Of a stretch of DNA of 64,000 nucleotides, positions 49,531 through 62,814 are shown one piece after another (position 1 is the first letter of the stretch; the number at the start of each line of letters is the position of its first letter). Source of the stretch: an uncultured Verrucomicrobiae bacterium (lineage in GTDB: Bacteria; Verrucomicrobiota; Verrucomicrobiia; Limisphaerales; Palsa-1400); contig CAVPOM010000008.1 in NCBI GenBank assembly GCA_963707025.1, positions 64,001 through 128,000 on the forward strand, read 5' to 3'. Made by a program: the position numbers and the translations under genes. A model generated the notes under the pieces. The model saw nothing but the letters and a program-made list of their open reading frames with translations. It was not told the DNA's origin and ran no database searches.

Positions 49531-51653
49531 ATGAAAGCCACCCGATTGCTCCTGATGCTGGCGATGGCTTGGGGGATGCCCTCCAGGGGCTCAGGTTACC
49601 AACGGCCTGTTGGTCAACTCGTTTGAAACCAGCGCGGACCTGCTGCGATTCACGCGGAACAATTGCACCGTTTCTTCTTCGACCGAGGGGGTCACCGATG
49701 GGCAGAAAGCGGCCCTGGTCGTCTTTTCCAACGTGGATTGGCCCAACCTCCTTTTCAAAGTGGGAACGGGTTTTACCAACGGCGACTGGCGCGGCTGGGG
49801 CGCTGTGGCGATGGACATACTCAATACCAACCCGGCCAGCGTGATGGTGGACATCCGCGTGGATGACGACTTCTCGGCGGACGGAGCGAAACACTGCCAG
49901 ACCGGCTCCATTGGCGTTCCTGCGGGGCAAAAGGCTGCCGTGGTGATGCCCTTGAGCAAGAGCATTCCTCCTGGCATGAAAGGCGGCCCACCGATTTACC
50001 CTGGCGCTCTCCAAATGAACGTCTCCGGCCCCTCCATAGACCTTTCGCACATCGTCGCTTTCCAGATTTTCCTCCCCAGACCGGGCAGGCAAACGACCCT
50101 GTTCCTCGACAATATCCGCCTGTTGCCTCCGACGCCGCTGAACGGCTTGGCTGACCAGTACGGCCAATTCACGCGCGCCGATTGGCCGGGCAAAATCCAT
50201 CAGAACGCGGATTTCCAGCAGCAGGACACCGATGAAAAACAGTGGCTCGCCGCCCATCCGAAGCCTCCAGACCGGGATCTCTATGGCGCCTGGAGGGATG
50301 GTCCCCAGCTCACCAACAACGGTTTCTTTCGCACCGCCTTCGTGCTCAACGGGCAGGAGGTCAGCCCCGGTTCCGCGCCTGCCAACCAGGGTCGCTGGTG
50401 GCTTGTCGCACCGTCCGGGCGGCTTTTCTTCTCGCTGGGCGTGGACGTCATTGACTACGGAGAAACCACCCGCGTTGCCGGCCGGGAGAGCCTCTTCGAC
50501 TGGCTGCCAGGCCCCGGCGACCCGCTCCAGCAGTTTTCTTATCCCGGCCCCTCCAGGACGGCGGACTTTTATGGCATGAATCTTTATCGAAAGTACGGGA
50601 CCAACTGGAGGAGCCAGGCGCGTTCCCGCGCATTGGACCGGCTGGATTCCTGGGGCTTTAACACCATTGGTAACTGGTCCTCCAGCGATCTGTTTGACGC
50701 GCATCGCGTTCCCTACATCGTGTCGGTTGATTACAGCAATTCAGGCCTGGCCAAGTTCTTTTCCGCCGGCCAGCAAATGACGGATGTGTTTGATGCGCGT
50801 TTCCCCGCCCGGATGGCGGCGGGCATCTCCAACGCCGTTGCCTCCAGGAAGAACGATCCGTGGTGCCTGGGATATTTTGTGGAAAATGAACTGCCTTGGG
50901 CAGGCTGGGGCAGCGGCCCTACCGAGCAATACGCCCTGCCCATTGGCGTGCTGGCATCCACCAACGCCCTGCCCGCGAAGGCCGAGTTCGCCCGTCTGCT
51001 CCAGAGCCGATACTCCTCGATATCCCGGTTGAACACCGCGTGGAACACCAGCCTCGCTTCCTGGAACGACATTTCGAACCGCGCAGTCACACTTCCCTCC
51101 CCGCTGACGTCCGCCTATGTCGCAGACTTGGGCGGGTTCCTCACCGACTTCGCTGGCCGCTACTTCTCCATCGTCAGCGCGAACATGAGACGATTTGCAC
51201 CCAACCAGCTTTATCTCGGATGTCGGTTCGCATCCCAGCCAACCGAAACCGTGAGCGTTGCGGCCCAGTACAGTGATGTGGTCAGCTTCAACATCTACAA
51301 TCGAAGCCTGGATCCGAACACTTGGGGATTCGCCAGTACGCTGGGCAAACCCTGCGTGATTGGCGAATTCCACTTCGGCGCGCTGGATCGCGGAATGTTC
51401 CACCCCGGATTGGTGCGGACAGGAGACCAGGCGGACCGGGGACGGGCTTACCAGGAGTATATACGCAGCGTGCTCGCGCTGCCGGCATTTGTGGGGTGCC
51501 ACTGGTTCCAGGTACAGTGACGAACCCTTGACCGGACGTTTTGACGGGGAGAATTACAATATCGGCCTGGTTTCAGGCACCGACACTCCGTATGGGGAAC
51601 TGGTCGCCGCCGCGCGACAGATCCAGAGCGAAGTTTATACCCTTAAACAATGA
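49531..51653 (+). CDS. Secreted glycoside hydrolase, GH50/beta-agarase-like (frameshifted)
   Basis: WGFNTIGNWS, GYFVENEL, IGEFHFGALDRG, VGCHWFQY..GRFDGENYNIG. Confidence 0.8.
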
Positions 51654-51759
51654 CTTTGTGGCCTCATGGTATTGACGTGGTTCCTGTCGTGACAACAGAC
51701 ACCAGTATGTATGATTCTTGCACCTGTTGCTCACCTCGATGGGGTGAAAGCAAGCGTTA

Positions 51760-53244
51760 ATGATAAAGCACGAAACCAGTTCGCTGGGAACGAAACTCGC
51801 ACCCATTCTGGGTAGTGGATTCTTTCGTCCTCTGACTCGACCGACCGCTCCGATCTATATCAATTGTGCGGAGCGCCTCGTTGAGGCCGCCGATGAGGGG
51901 GGACAGGTGGCGCACGCTGGGGCGCGCCTGCTCATCCGCGAAGTGCTGACAAATCACCCTGATGTTCAACTTGACGACGACGAAGGCGGGCAGCTCCGTG
52001 ATCTGAATCAACGGGCTGCCCAGTTTTTCAACAAACTCATCGAAGCGCATTGGCTCGAACCACGCCGCTTAAGTCTGGATGAGCACTTTGTTCTCATCAC
52101 TCCACAACTGCGACGGCTCCTGCGTCTGCTGCGCGAACTCGCGGAAGACCGTCCGGCCGAACTCAAGGACTTTGCCGCCACTCTTCGTTCGCTTTGCCGC
52201 GATTTGTTGAGGGAGGGTGCGCTGGATCCAAACAGGCTTGGTCCCGAGGAAATGCGCCAGACCGTGAAGGACCTGCTCGAACGTGCCGGCCGCGCCGATG
52301 ACCAGATGCACGCCGTGGAGAGCCTCATCCTTCAGCAGGAAACTGCCCAGCGCGCCAGTGGATCGGCGCAGGAGACGTTGCAGCGATTTCTCGTGGAATT
52401 CCACGCCGGCGAACACATGGTCTGCTACGACGCATTGCAGGAAGCCGGCCTGTTGCCGCGGTTGAATCAGGCGCGTTCAGTCGTGCAGGAGGCCCTGTAC
52501 GATCCGTTCACCAAACAGCGTCTGGCCGAAGGCCTCGCGAAACACCTCGAACTCGACCCATCTGTCGCGTATGTCGAGGCCGAACGCTGGATGGTCCGGT
52601 TGGAACGTCAGCTCGCGGCGATTCCCGTAAAGCAGCGGCTGATTGACGGACGCATGTCAGACTTCGCCAGGCTCTCGGATGCCCGCTACCGTTACCAAAC
52701 TGAAATGCGCGGACGCCGTCCGGAACAGGTGAAGGCGTATCTCGACGCAGCCGCCCGTCTCCATGCCGGCAAATCCTTCGGTGACCTCGCCAGCGAACCT
52801 GGCATGACGCTTCTGTCACCGACGGTCGAAGTTTTCTTTGGCTCGGATTCTCTCTCCCGCGCCCGCCGCCAGCGCGCGATGGTTGACCTGACCCTTGAAG
52901 CACCACCCACAGGTGCGGATTCCGAAGCCGCCAATGACGAAATTCGCCGGCGCAATTTAAACGTTCTCAATCCACAGCGGGCTGCGCGATTCATCGAAAA
53001 GCATTTGGCAGCGAAAGGCGCTCGAATTTCGACCGAACAGTTGCATGTGCTGACCGAAGACGACTTCCTCGACTTGCTCGCCGTTCTCGCCTTTGATCGC
53101 GGGCCGGCGGGTGCCTCACACCGCACCATTCGCTGGCGCATCCACTCTGCCAGAGCAGATCTCGGCACGGAGCCCGAGCGCATCCCGCGCGACGCCGAGG
53201 CTGACCGCCTCGTCGAACGCTTCATTCTTGAAAGGACTTCCTGA
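51760..53244 (+). CDS. jetA: Wadjet kleisin subunit
   Basis: GFFRPL N-terminus; first gene of a four-gene Jet operon. Confidence 0.75.
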   Translation: MIKHETSSLGTKLAPILGSGFFRPLTRPTAPIYINCAERLVEAADEGGQVAHAGARLLIREVLTNHPDVQLDDDEGGQLRDLNQRAAQFFNKLIEAHWLEPRRLSLDEHFVLITPQLRRLLRLLRELAEDRPAELKDFAATLRSLCRDLLREGALDPNRLGPEEMRQTVKDLLERAGRADDQMHAVESLILQQETAQRASGSAQETLQRFLVEFHAGEHMVCYDALQEAGLLPRLNQARSVVQEALYDPFTKQRLAEGLAKHLELDPSVAYVEAERWMVRLERQLAAIPVKQRLIDGRMSDFARLSDARYRYQTEMRGRRPEQVKAYLDAAARLHAGKSFGDLASEPGMTLLSPTVEVFFGSDSLSRARRQRAMVDLTLEAPPTGADSEAANDEIRRRNLNVLNPQRAARFIEKHLAAKGARISTEQLHVLTEDDFLDLLAVLAFDRGPAGASHRTIRWRIHSARADLGTEPERIPRDAEADRLVERFILERTS

Positions 53245-53245
53245 C

Positions 53246-53881
53246 ATGCCTCTCCCCTGGCCAACATTCTGGCAGCATATTCGGGTGGAAGATCGCGCTG
53301 CGCTTTCTGATGTGCTCACCGAACTGCTCGCTCACGGCGCGTTGCTTGGCGATGGCGGCCGTGACCACGAACTCTACATGGTGGCCCGGGAATATCAGCG
53401 TGAAATTGGCGAATACCTCGCGCCGTTGCATCTTGAATTGGTGCCTGACCCCGACCGGCCTATTTTCCAGGTCCGCCCTGTGCCCGGCGATTGCGGCCTT
53501 ATGGCGCGATTCAATAAAGCCGAGACGTTGCTTGTTCTGACGCTCTGGCGGATCTATCACGATGCGCGTATGGAGCGGACGGTTGAGACCGTGGTCGTCA
53601 GCGCCAACGACATCTGGCAGCGGCTCAAGCTCTACTTTGAACAGGTGGACCTGCCCACTGCCTCGCAACTCCGTGACATGCTCGGCAAGCTGCGCAATCA
53701 ACGGCTTGTGCGTTTGCAATGGCACGAGGATCCGAATCAGTTTGGCGAATCTCAGGTGGAAATCCTGCCCACGCTGGCACGAGCGATTCCATTCGAGAAC
53801 GAGTCCGCTTGGGAACAGCAGGCTGCATTGTATCAGCAGCCAGACGCCGAAACCGAGGAGAAGAAGGAGGAAGCGCCGTGA
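53246..53881 (+). CDS. jetB: Wadjet KITE subunit (DUF4194)
   Basis: ETLLVLTLWRIY; size and position. Confidence 0.75.
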   Translation: MPLPWPTFWQHIRVEDRAALSDVLTELLAHGALLGDGGRDHELYMVAREYQREIGEYLAPLHLELVPDPDRPIFQVRPVPGDCGLMARFNKAETLLVLTLWRIYHDARMERTVETVVVSANDIWQRLKLYFEQVDLPTASQLRDMLGKLRNQRLVRLQWHEDPNQFGESQVEILPTLARAIPFENESAWEQQAALYQQPDAETEEKKEEAP

Positions 53882-56800
53882 GCCAGCGCATTTCTCTCAC
53901 ACGCATCATCGCCATCAACTGGTATGGCTTCCGCCAGATTTTCGACGTGGACGATAATGTCCTTATCTCGGGCGCGTTCGGCACCGGCAAATCGGCATTG
54001 CTCGATCTGATGCAATACGTCCTGCTCGGTGAACACTGGCGGGCAAATCGGGCCGCCACGGGCAATGCGCGCGGACGAGATCTCGTGGGCTATTGCCTCG
54101 GCGACACCAATCAGGCGGGCAAAGATGGCGGCCGTCACTTCCTGCGCCGAGGCGGCGTTACCCTCGTCGCGCTGGAGTTCACGCGCCCTTCCAGTCGTTC
54201 CGGCAAAGGCTCTGATCGGGAGACATGGGGCGTCCGTCTCGAATATTCCAGTCCGGACGCAAGGCCAAAACACACGTATTTTTTCATTCCCTCACGGCTC
54301 GAATATGCCGACATCGCGCCGAACGGCAAGATGTTGGGCGAGGATGAATTCAAGACTTGGATTCGACGAGAGGCTTTCACCGACTTTCTCATCACGGAGC
54401 GCCAGGGCGACTATTTGAAGGAGATGGCAACCCCGCGCCATCTCAATTTCGATGACACTGCCTTTCATCGCACTTTTCCGAAGGCCATAGCTTTTGAATT
54501 GGAGGAGAACGTGGAACGGTTCATCCGTGAGTTCATCCTGGAGGAAAGCCCACTGGACGTTCCGCGCGGTCCGCGACGCGCTGCGCGCCTATGAAGATAC
54601 CCGCAAGCGGTTGGAGACGCAGGAGGATGAAGCGGCGTTTCTCCGGCGCATAGGGGAGCAGCACGCGCTTTACGAAACCAACCGGCGCGAAGAGGCGATC
54701 CACCAGCACACCGCCCATGCGCTTAAGCTCCTGCAGGCAGAGGAGCGCCGCGAACGCCACGCCGCCGATTTGAAGCGACTCGAAGAATCCAACGCGGACG
54801 ACCTCAAAAACTTGAGCAAGGCGACAGAGGAAGCTGCACAAGTCGGCAAACTTCTCAACGAAGTCCGGTTCCAAGTCGGCAAGGACCCTGAAGCTGTCAA
54901 AATCAACGAATTAGATCGTCAGAAATTGGAGCTTCAACAAGCTGTGCAAGCGCTGCAGGAGGCTCGAAAGTCCGCACGCCAGCGGCTTGACGATCGGCAT
55001 TATCGTTGGATGCAGTGGCTCAAACATGGCGCCGCCTTGCCGCTGGCTAATTTGAAGGAATTGCTCGTCGTGGACGATAGCCTGTTGGCGAATCTACGCT
55101 CCGGAACAGATGCAGAGCGACTCGCGGCGCTCCAAAAACTCGCGGAGCGATTCAATGAGTTGTGGAATTTAGTCCGGGATCTGACCCGTCCGCTGGAAGA
55201 GGAAATCAAGACCGCCAAGAACCGGCTCCAGCAGTTGGCGGAGGATTTGGAGAACCTTTCCAAGGGCCAGTCACCCGGCGCATTCCCGCTCTTTCAAGCT
55301 GTTCGCCAAAAACTCGGCAACCGCGTCGAACAGCTTGGCCGGCTCATCGAAGTGAAGCCTGAAGCGGAGCGCTGGTGGCCTGCGCTTGAACTTTTCCTAG
55401 GCCGCAATCAATTGGTCATTGTTGTGAACGATGTCGCCGATTATGGGCAGGCGCTGGAAATTCTGCGAAAGACGCCTGCGGGCCGCGAACCTGAGTCGCT
55501 GCTCAATCCCAACGAAGCCCGCCAGCTTCGTGCCGGTGCGCGCGAAGACTCGCTTTTCAGCAAAGTTGAGGTGGCGCATCCAGTCGCCCGCCATTACGTC
55601 GAGCATCTGTTGGGCGACGTGCTCTGTGTCGAGAATATCGAGGAATTGGAATCGGCCGACACAGGCCGGGCCATCACGCCTGAAGGAATCTTCAAGCAAG
55701 TGCCATTGCGTCGTCGTCTCAAGTCAGCCGCCTCCGTCGAACTCACTTTAGGCCGGCAGGGACTCGAACGGATGCGGGCCGCGAAGCAAAAAGAGCAGAT
55801 CAACACGCGGGTAGAGTTCAATGCCCTCCAACAACGGCTCAGCGACGTGCAGACATGGCTCGACAACGGTCGCAAAGGCGGTTTGGCCGACAGCACTCTG
55901 CCAGAGCGCGCCGCGGAACTGCCCCAACTGCCCCAACTTGAGGCTAATCTGGGCCGTGTGGGTGAGACCATCAAACTATTGATGACACCGGAGCGGGAGG
56001 CGCGTCAGAAACATTTGAACAGCCTTGAGAAAACCGAAAAGGAGCTTCTCGCGAAGGTCGCCGTTCTGACTGAGAGACGAAACAATTTCGAACTGACCAC
56101 ACGACCCGAACGCGAGGGATTGGCGCGGGCGGAACAAGACTCGAAAGATGCGCGATTGGAAGTCGAAGCCAGCCGCGTCGAACTCAGCCGCCGCTGTAGT
56201 GGGATCCTTGACGGCGAACTCACAGAGCGGCGCGATCAATTCCACTCTGAATTTCCGAAATGGACGGAATGCTTTTCCAAGGTGGCCGAAGCGTCCGCCC
56301 AAGCCGGACAAATCGCCGTGGCGGCTCGGGCGCAGCGAAATGGTGAACGAGAGAAGCTGGCTACCATCCGTGACGAGCAGGGGAACCTCCGCCATCCCGA
56401 ATACCAGGGCGAATTCACGATTGACGATGAAAGTAACGAGGGCTGGTCAGCGCGGCTGCGCGTTTTGGAAGCCGTCGAGTTGGAGAAATCCCGCCAGCTT
56501 GCCGCCGACCGAAAACGAGAGTGGGAGCGCCGGCTGGAAGAGAACGTCCTCAACGAACTGAACCGGCGCATCACCGACGCGCAAAACACGGTTCGTCTGC
56601 TGGACCGTTACCTGAGCCAGCCGGTCGGCAAATTTCGCTACCGGCTCAGTCAGCGGAGAGATTCCGCCGGCTACGGAGCGATCTGGCGATTGCTCGATTC
56701 CGGGCTGGAACCGACCGATCCGTTGACCGCAGCCATCCAGGAAACGGAAATTCAGCACGCCAAAGATGAGTTGATGAAGGCAGTTGACGGAACCGAGCGC

Positions 56801-57295
56801 AAAGATCCCGAGCAGGATGCGCGCGCATTGCGCCTGCTGGACTACCGGAACTATCACCGCTACGACTTGGAAATGGTGCCCGCCGACAAGCCCGAGTCGC
56901 CGCCGATTTCGCTTGGCCGCAGCGGCCGCAACCTGAGCGGCGGCGAGGGGCAGGCCCCTTTCTTCATCTCAATGCTCGCGGCGTTTCGGCGGGTATATGA
57001 TCGTGGCGACCGCACCTCCGTTCGCTCGCAACAAATTGGTTTAGTCGTCATGGATGAAGCCTTTTCCAAACTTTCCAGCGACGGCATCGAAGACTGCCTG
57101 GCGCTGGCGCGCAGCTTCCAGTTGCAGCTCGTGATGGCTTTCCCGCCAGAGCGCCTCGGAGTGATGGTGCCGCACGCGGAAACCGTCGTGATGTGTCAAA
57201 AGGAGGTCGAGCGCGATGCGGAAGGATACGTCACAAAAATAACCAACATTCCGATGCTCACCACAATGGCCGAGGCCATTGAAGCCCTCTCCTGA
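53878..57295 (+). CDS. jetC: Wadjet SMC-like ATPase (frameshift near 54560)
   Basis: INW, GAFGTGKS, long coiled coil, DYRNY, LSGGE, MDEAF. Confidence 0.85.
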
Positions 57296-57296
57296 C

Positions 57297-58408
57297 ATGA
57301 ACCCTGCTGACTCGCCAAGCGCCTGCGAACTGTTCTCCCAGTGGCAGCGCGCCCGCGGCGGGCGCGCGGAGCCGGCTTCACGTCCATTCTCGCGTGGTTG
57401 GGAAGACCTGCTCGAAGACGCGCGGCTTGTGTCCGCAACCGAGAGGGGGGAAGCCGAGCATGACGTGAGAATGCTCGAAACAAACGGCTGGCTCGAATTG
57501 AAATCAGTGCGGTACAAGTCACACCTGATTGATCGCGTTGTCATTCCACTCGATGCCGAGTTGCGCTGGTGCGAGGCATTCGGTTTTGTGGTTTCGTCCG
57601 ACGAAGAAAGTCGCCAGGTTCGTGAATTTCCGTGGGAGCCTGAACTGTCGTTCTTGCGCGAAGCAAGGTTGAATCTTTCCTTCGCCGAACTGTGCCGGGT
57701 GAACCAGTTTATAAAGGATCGTGGCCGCGAGCGACCGATTGTACCCATCAAGGAACGGTCGCTTCAGATTTTCGGGGACGAAAAACGACTGGACACCCTT
57801 CTATCCTCGGCGCTTTTCCGCTCTGACCGGCTCAATCTGGCAAAGAATTTGTTGTGTGAGATCATTGGGGTGCCACTTGCCTGGAAACGCGGTCCGTCAG
57901 CGGCATCCATGCAGCCGGTCATCGCTATCGAGAACGCTGCGACCTGGCACTCCTACTGTCGTTGGAACGTAGAGAGGAATCTGTTCAGCGCTGTTGTTTA
58001 TGGCGATGGCAATCGTTTCGTTGATGGCATCCGTTATTTGAGGGATCTTTTCACTGAACTCGGGGGCCTCGCTGCGTGTTATACTTTGGCGACCTCGACC
58101 CCCAAGGTTTGGTGATTCCGCAGGAAGCGTCTGCTCGCGCCCGGGCTGCTGGTCTGCCTGCGATTGAGCCTCATCTGTGGAGTTATCGCCAGTTGTTGAC
58201 TTTGGGTGTCGGGTGCAGTCAGCCCTGGAAAGGTGAGCAGCCATCGTCCACGCTCTGCGATTGGCTGGGATCCTGTGCGGAACCGACGCGTCAGCTTTTT
58301 GCCGCCGGGCACCGTTTGGCACAGGAGCATGTGGGTTGGGAGTTTCTCCTATCCAACAAACCTTTCCCAGAGAACGTTATGACGCATCCGGAAAGGCCTG
58401 AACAGTGA
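57297..58408 (+). CDS. jetD: Wadjet Toprim nuclease (frameshift near 58070)
   Basis: ERSLQIFGDEKRL, IEN, YGDG, YFGDLDPQG, AQE. Confidence 0.85.
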
Positions 58409-58432
58409 CGACCCTTCGGAAACAGCACCGTA

Positions 58433-60280
58433 TTGGGGACCGTTGTCCTCCTCTTGGCGTATTCGCGCGCGCAGGCGCTCGACAGTCAACTGGCGCTGAC
58501 GAACGCGACCTTGGTGGTGAGCGTGAACACCTCCAATGCCACATTCTCGGTGCTCGACCGGCGGACGGGACGTCTCTGGACCCAGCGGGCCGTTCCGGTG
58601 GAGGTCGCTGTCACAGAAGCGCGTTTGGAATCCAACGAGATTGACCTGGGGCTGCGCCTTGTCCCGTCGGGTTTGGTCCTGAAAGCGCGCATTGTGCTCG
58701 AGGCGGCCAAGCCGAAGTTCACCTTCAGCCTGATTGGGGAGGGTGCCTTGTCCCGCCCGGTGCGTTATCCTTATCCCTTTGCGACTGAGCCATCAGACCG
58801 GTTGGTGGTGCCGATGAATGAGGGGATTTCTTTTCCAGTCGAGGACAAATCCATCGAAACCTTTCGTTTGATTGCCTACGGCGGGCATGGGATTTGCATG
58901 GCGTTCTGGGGAGTGACCGATGACCGGCAGGGACACGCTGTTATCATCGAGACGCCCGACGATGCCGCCATCCACCTGGTGCGCCTTGAGGATCGTCTGG
59001 CAGTTGCGCCGGAATGGGATACGCAGAAGGGGCAGTTCGGTTACGCGCGACGGCTGCGATATGTTTTCTTCGACGGCGGCGGGCATGTGGCCACTGCCAA
59101 ACGATACCGGGAATATGTGCGGCAGAAGGGCCTCCTGAAAACCCTGGCAGAAAAGCGTGGCGAGAATCCCAACGTGGATCTTCTGGTCGGCGCGGTCAAC
59201 ATCTGGAACTGGGACGCCGACCCGGTGCAGTTGGCCACACAAATGCGGTCGGCTGGCATTGAGCGGATCCTCTGGAGCCGCGGCGGTTCGGGGAATGCGC
59301 TCCGCAGTTTGAACGACATGAAAGTGCTCACCAGCCGCTACGACATCTACCAGGACACGATGAATCCGTCCAATTTCCCATTTCTGGCCGGAATTCACCC
59401 GGACTGGACGACCGCCGGGTGGCCTGCCGACATTATTCGTCAGGCCAACGGCGACTGGCGGCATGGTTGGGGAGTCAAAGGCACCAATGGCATCATGTAC
59501 GATTGCGGTGTTCTCTGCGACAGCCGGGCGCTGGACTACGCCCGGGCGCGCATCCCGGCGGAGCTGGCGACGCGCCCTTACCTCTGCCGCTTCATCGACA
59601 CCACCACCGCCTCACCGTGGAACGAGTGCTACGATCCTCATCACCCGATGACCCGGACCGAGAGCCGGGAATGGAAGATGAAGCTGCTGGATTATGTCTC
59701 GCACGACTGCAAACTGGTCACCGGCAGCGAGACCGGCCACGATGCGGCGGTGCCGTTCGTGGATTATTTCGAAGGGATGCTCAGCCTTGGCCCATACCGC
59801 GTGCCTGACGCCGGGCGGGACATGAAGCGCATTTGGGATGACCCTCCCGAACGCGTCGCCAAGTTCCAGCTTGGCCAGGCGTATCGTTTGCCCCTCTGGG
59901 AGCTGGTTTATCATGATTGCGTCGTGGCACAGTGGTATTGGGGCGACTACAACAACAAATTGCCGGCGCTGTGGGACAAGCGTGACCTGTTCAACGTCCT
60001 TTACGGCACGCCGCCCATGTTTATGTTCGACAAGAAACTCTGGGAGGCTCAGAAAGCGAGGTTCGTGCAAAGTTACACCAACACCTGTCCTTACGTTCGG
60101 GCCGCAGGTTATTCCGAAATGACCGACCACCGCATTCTGACGGCGGATCGCAACGTCCAGCAGACGGTCTTTGCCAATGGTGTCATGATCACCGTCAACT
60201 TCGGGACCACACCGTTTCGTCTGGGTTCCGGAGAGAACCTGCCGCCGGGCGGATTTCGCGCAGATGGAATGCCAAAATAA
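58433..60280 (+). CDS. Glycoside hydrolase (GH101/GH129-like; start uncertain)
   Basis: SRYDIYQD, FIDTTTA, GSETG, RLPLWELVYHDC. Confidence 0.65.
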   Translation: MGTVVLLLAYSRAQALDSQLALTNATLVVSVNTSNATFSVLDRRTGRLWTQRAVPVEVAVTEARLESNEIDLGLRLVPSGLVLKARIVLEAAKPKFTFSLIGEGALSRPVRYPYPFATEPSDRLVVPMNEGISFPVEDKSIETFRLIAYGGHGICMAFWGVTDDRQGHAVIIETPDDAAIHLVRLEDRLAVAPEWDTQKGQFGYARRLRYVFFDGGGHVATAKRYREYVRQKGLLKTLAEKRGENPNVDLLVGAVNIWNWDADPVQLATQMRSAGIERILWSRGGSGNALRSLNDMKVLTSRYDIYQDTMNPSNFPFLAGIHPDWTTAGWPADIIRQANGDWRHGWGVKGTNGIMYDCGVLCDSRALDYARARIPAELATRPYLCRFIDTTTASPWNECYDPHHPMTRTESREWKMKLLDYVSHDCKLVTGSETGHDAAVPFVDYFEGMLSLGPYRVPDAGRDMKRIWDDPPERVAKFQLGQAYRLPLWELVYHDCVVAQWYWGDYNNKLPALWDKRDLFNVLYGTPPMFMFDKKLWEAQKARFVQSYTNTCPYVRAAGYSEMTDHRILTADRNVQQTVFANGVMITVNFGTTPFRLGSGENLPPGGFRADGMPK

Positions 60281-60287
60281 AGGAGAC

Positions 60288-62586
60288 ATGAAATCCTTGA
60301 CCTCTGGTTCATATTTGAAGGTCCTTTCGTTCTGGTTTTGCCTGCTCGGCGGACTCCTCCCGGCCAACTTGCCGGCCCAGTCGGCTCCCTGGCAACCCAT
60401 CGGCATCTCGGGTGGCGGTGGCATGTTCACGCCCGCGATTTCTCCGGCGGACCCAAATTTGATGATGCTGAACTGCGACATGAGCGCCGCCTACATCTCG
60501 GAAGACGGCGGCCGCAACTGGCGCATGATCGCCCACGCCCAACTGCGCAGCGATACCGTCTGCCGTCCGGCATTTCACCCGGCCGATTCAAACGTCCTCT
60601 ACGCCTCCTCCGGCGGACGGCTCAAAATCAGCCGTGACCGGGGCAAAACCTTCGCGCCCCTCGGCAATCTCAGGGATTCCCTGGGCGGAGAGATCGCCAT
60701 CAATCCGTCGGACGCAAAGATCATTCTGGCCGGCTCGCGCAGTGGCCGCTGCTGGCTCTCGCGCGATGCGGGGGAAACGTGGGCGGCGTGCCAGGGGCCG
60801 GCAGGCCAGGTGATCGCCTTTCACTTTGACCGCACCCGGCAAGGCCGCTCGATGTTCGCCGCCACGGACAGAGGCATCTGGCGATCCGACGACGGCGGGC
60901 AAACGTGGGCGGAGAAAACCCAGGGCCTGCCATGGAAGGAGATTCAAGGTTTCGCCGGCGGCTCGGACGCTGGCGGGGAATCTCGTCATGCTGTACTGCT
61001 CCATCCGAAGCAAGGACGAGAACGGCGTGTTCACGGGCGGCCTCTACCGCTCGCGGGACCGGGGCGAAACCTGGGAATCAGCGATGGGCCAGGGCCTCAA
61101 CACTGAGACGAAGACAGCCGACCAGTGGGCCTACGGTTCCATTTCGCAATACTACCAACTGCTCGCGACCGACGCGAAGCCGCTCACCGTTTATGCCTTC
61201 AACACCAGCACCGGCTTCAGTCCGCCGCACAGCGACACGGTGTATCGCAGCGACGACGGCGGCGAAACGTGGCGCGCGACTTACTTCCAGGACCCGCGTT
61301 TCAAGAATTACAACGTCGCGCCCGGATTGGGAAACCGCCTCGTGCGGGCAATGCTTCAAGGGCGGCGAGACACCCTTCGGCGTGGCCATCTGCAACACCG
61401 ATCCCAACCGGGTGATCCTCGTGCGCAACGAGCCGCACATCACCCATGACGGAGGCGCGGCGTGGTTCGGCGGGCACACTTATCCCGCGCCCGGCCAGAA
61501 GCCCGGCCCGCGCTCCGCCTGGGTTTGCAACGGCCTGGTCGTCACCACCACCTGGCATTTCTACATTGATCCGTTCGAACCGAACCGCCACTACATATGC
61601 TACACCGACATCGGGCTGGCCCGCTCCACCGACGCCGGCCAGAGCTGGATTTGGTGGGACCCGAAGTCGTGGTCGCCGTGGCGGAACACCTGTTACGAGA
61701 TGGCGTTTGATCCCGAGACGCCCGGCAAAATTTGGGGCGCGTTCTCCGACGTGCATGACATCCCGAACGACAACATCATCACCGAGCGCCACGGCCATCA
61801 GGGTCCCGGCGGCGTCTGCCTCTCGACCAGACTTCGGCGTGTCGTGGAAAAGCCAAACGGAAGGGCTGCCGCGCAAACCGGTGACCTCCATCGTGCTTGA
61901 TCCGGCGAGTCCGAAGAACGCGCGCACGCTCTACGCCGGCGTGTTTGACGAAGGCGTCTTCAAGTCCACCGATGACGGAAAGACATGGGTGCTGAAGAAA
62001 ACCGGCCTGGGGCATCCCGACAACATGCGCGTCTATCGGGTGATTCTCCACCGCGACGGCACGCTTTTCGCCGTCATCTGCGCCAAGCGGCCCGCCTCCG
62101 GCCAACCGCTCATGCCCGAAGGCGTCGGCCTCTATCGTTCCAAAGACGGGGCGGAACTTGGGAGAAGATCAACGCCTCCACGACCGCTGCTCTACCCCAA
62201 GGACTTCTCCGTCGATCCCCGCAACAGCCGCCGAATCCTGCTGGGCGCGGCGGACGCTGGCCGCGAGCGACCAATCCGGCGGCCTCTACCTCACCGAGGA
62301 CGGCGGCCAAACCTGGCAGCGCATCGGCCGCCAAGGGCCGCAGACTTTCGGCGGCTATTTCCATCCCAAGCACGACGGCTGGATTTATATGACCCTGACC
62401 GAAGACGCGCCCGGGGCGGGCCTGTGGCTCTCGCGCGACAACGGGAAGAGCTGGCGGGCGTTCGATGAACTGCCGTTCTCGAACATCCAGCGTGTCGAGT
62501 TCGATCCGGCCAACGATGCCATAATCCATGTGACGACCTTCGGCGGCAGCGTGTGGCGCGGGCCAGCGACACCGGCCGGACAATGA
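60288..62586 (+). CDS. Secreted BNR/Asp-box beta-propeller protein (multiple frameshifts)
   Basis: Repeated SxDGGxTW motifs; signal peptide. Confidence 0.75.
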
Positions 62587-62814
62587 ATGAGTCGTCTCCG
62601 TCCATGGCTGTTTCTCCGTGGCCAGTCCGAAAGGTGCGGCAGACGCGGGGGGCATGCAGTGTAGCCGAGCCGTCACGACGGCATTTCACCAGCCGGACGT
62701 TGGCCGGGCGGAACGCCTCAACAAACCCCATGCGGGGACGTCCACTTAACCGGATTTGCCCAACCGTTTTGTCGCAAACAAGGCAAATGGATTGGTTGCG
62801 AATCAGACCCCACA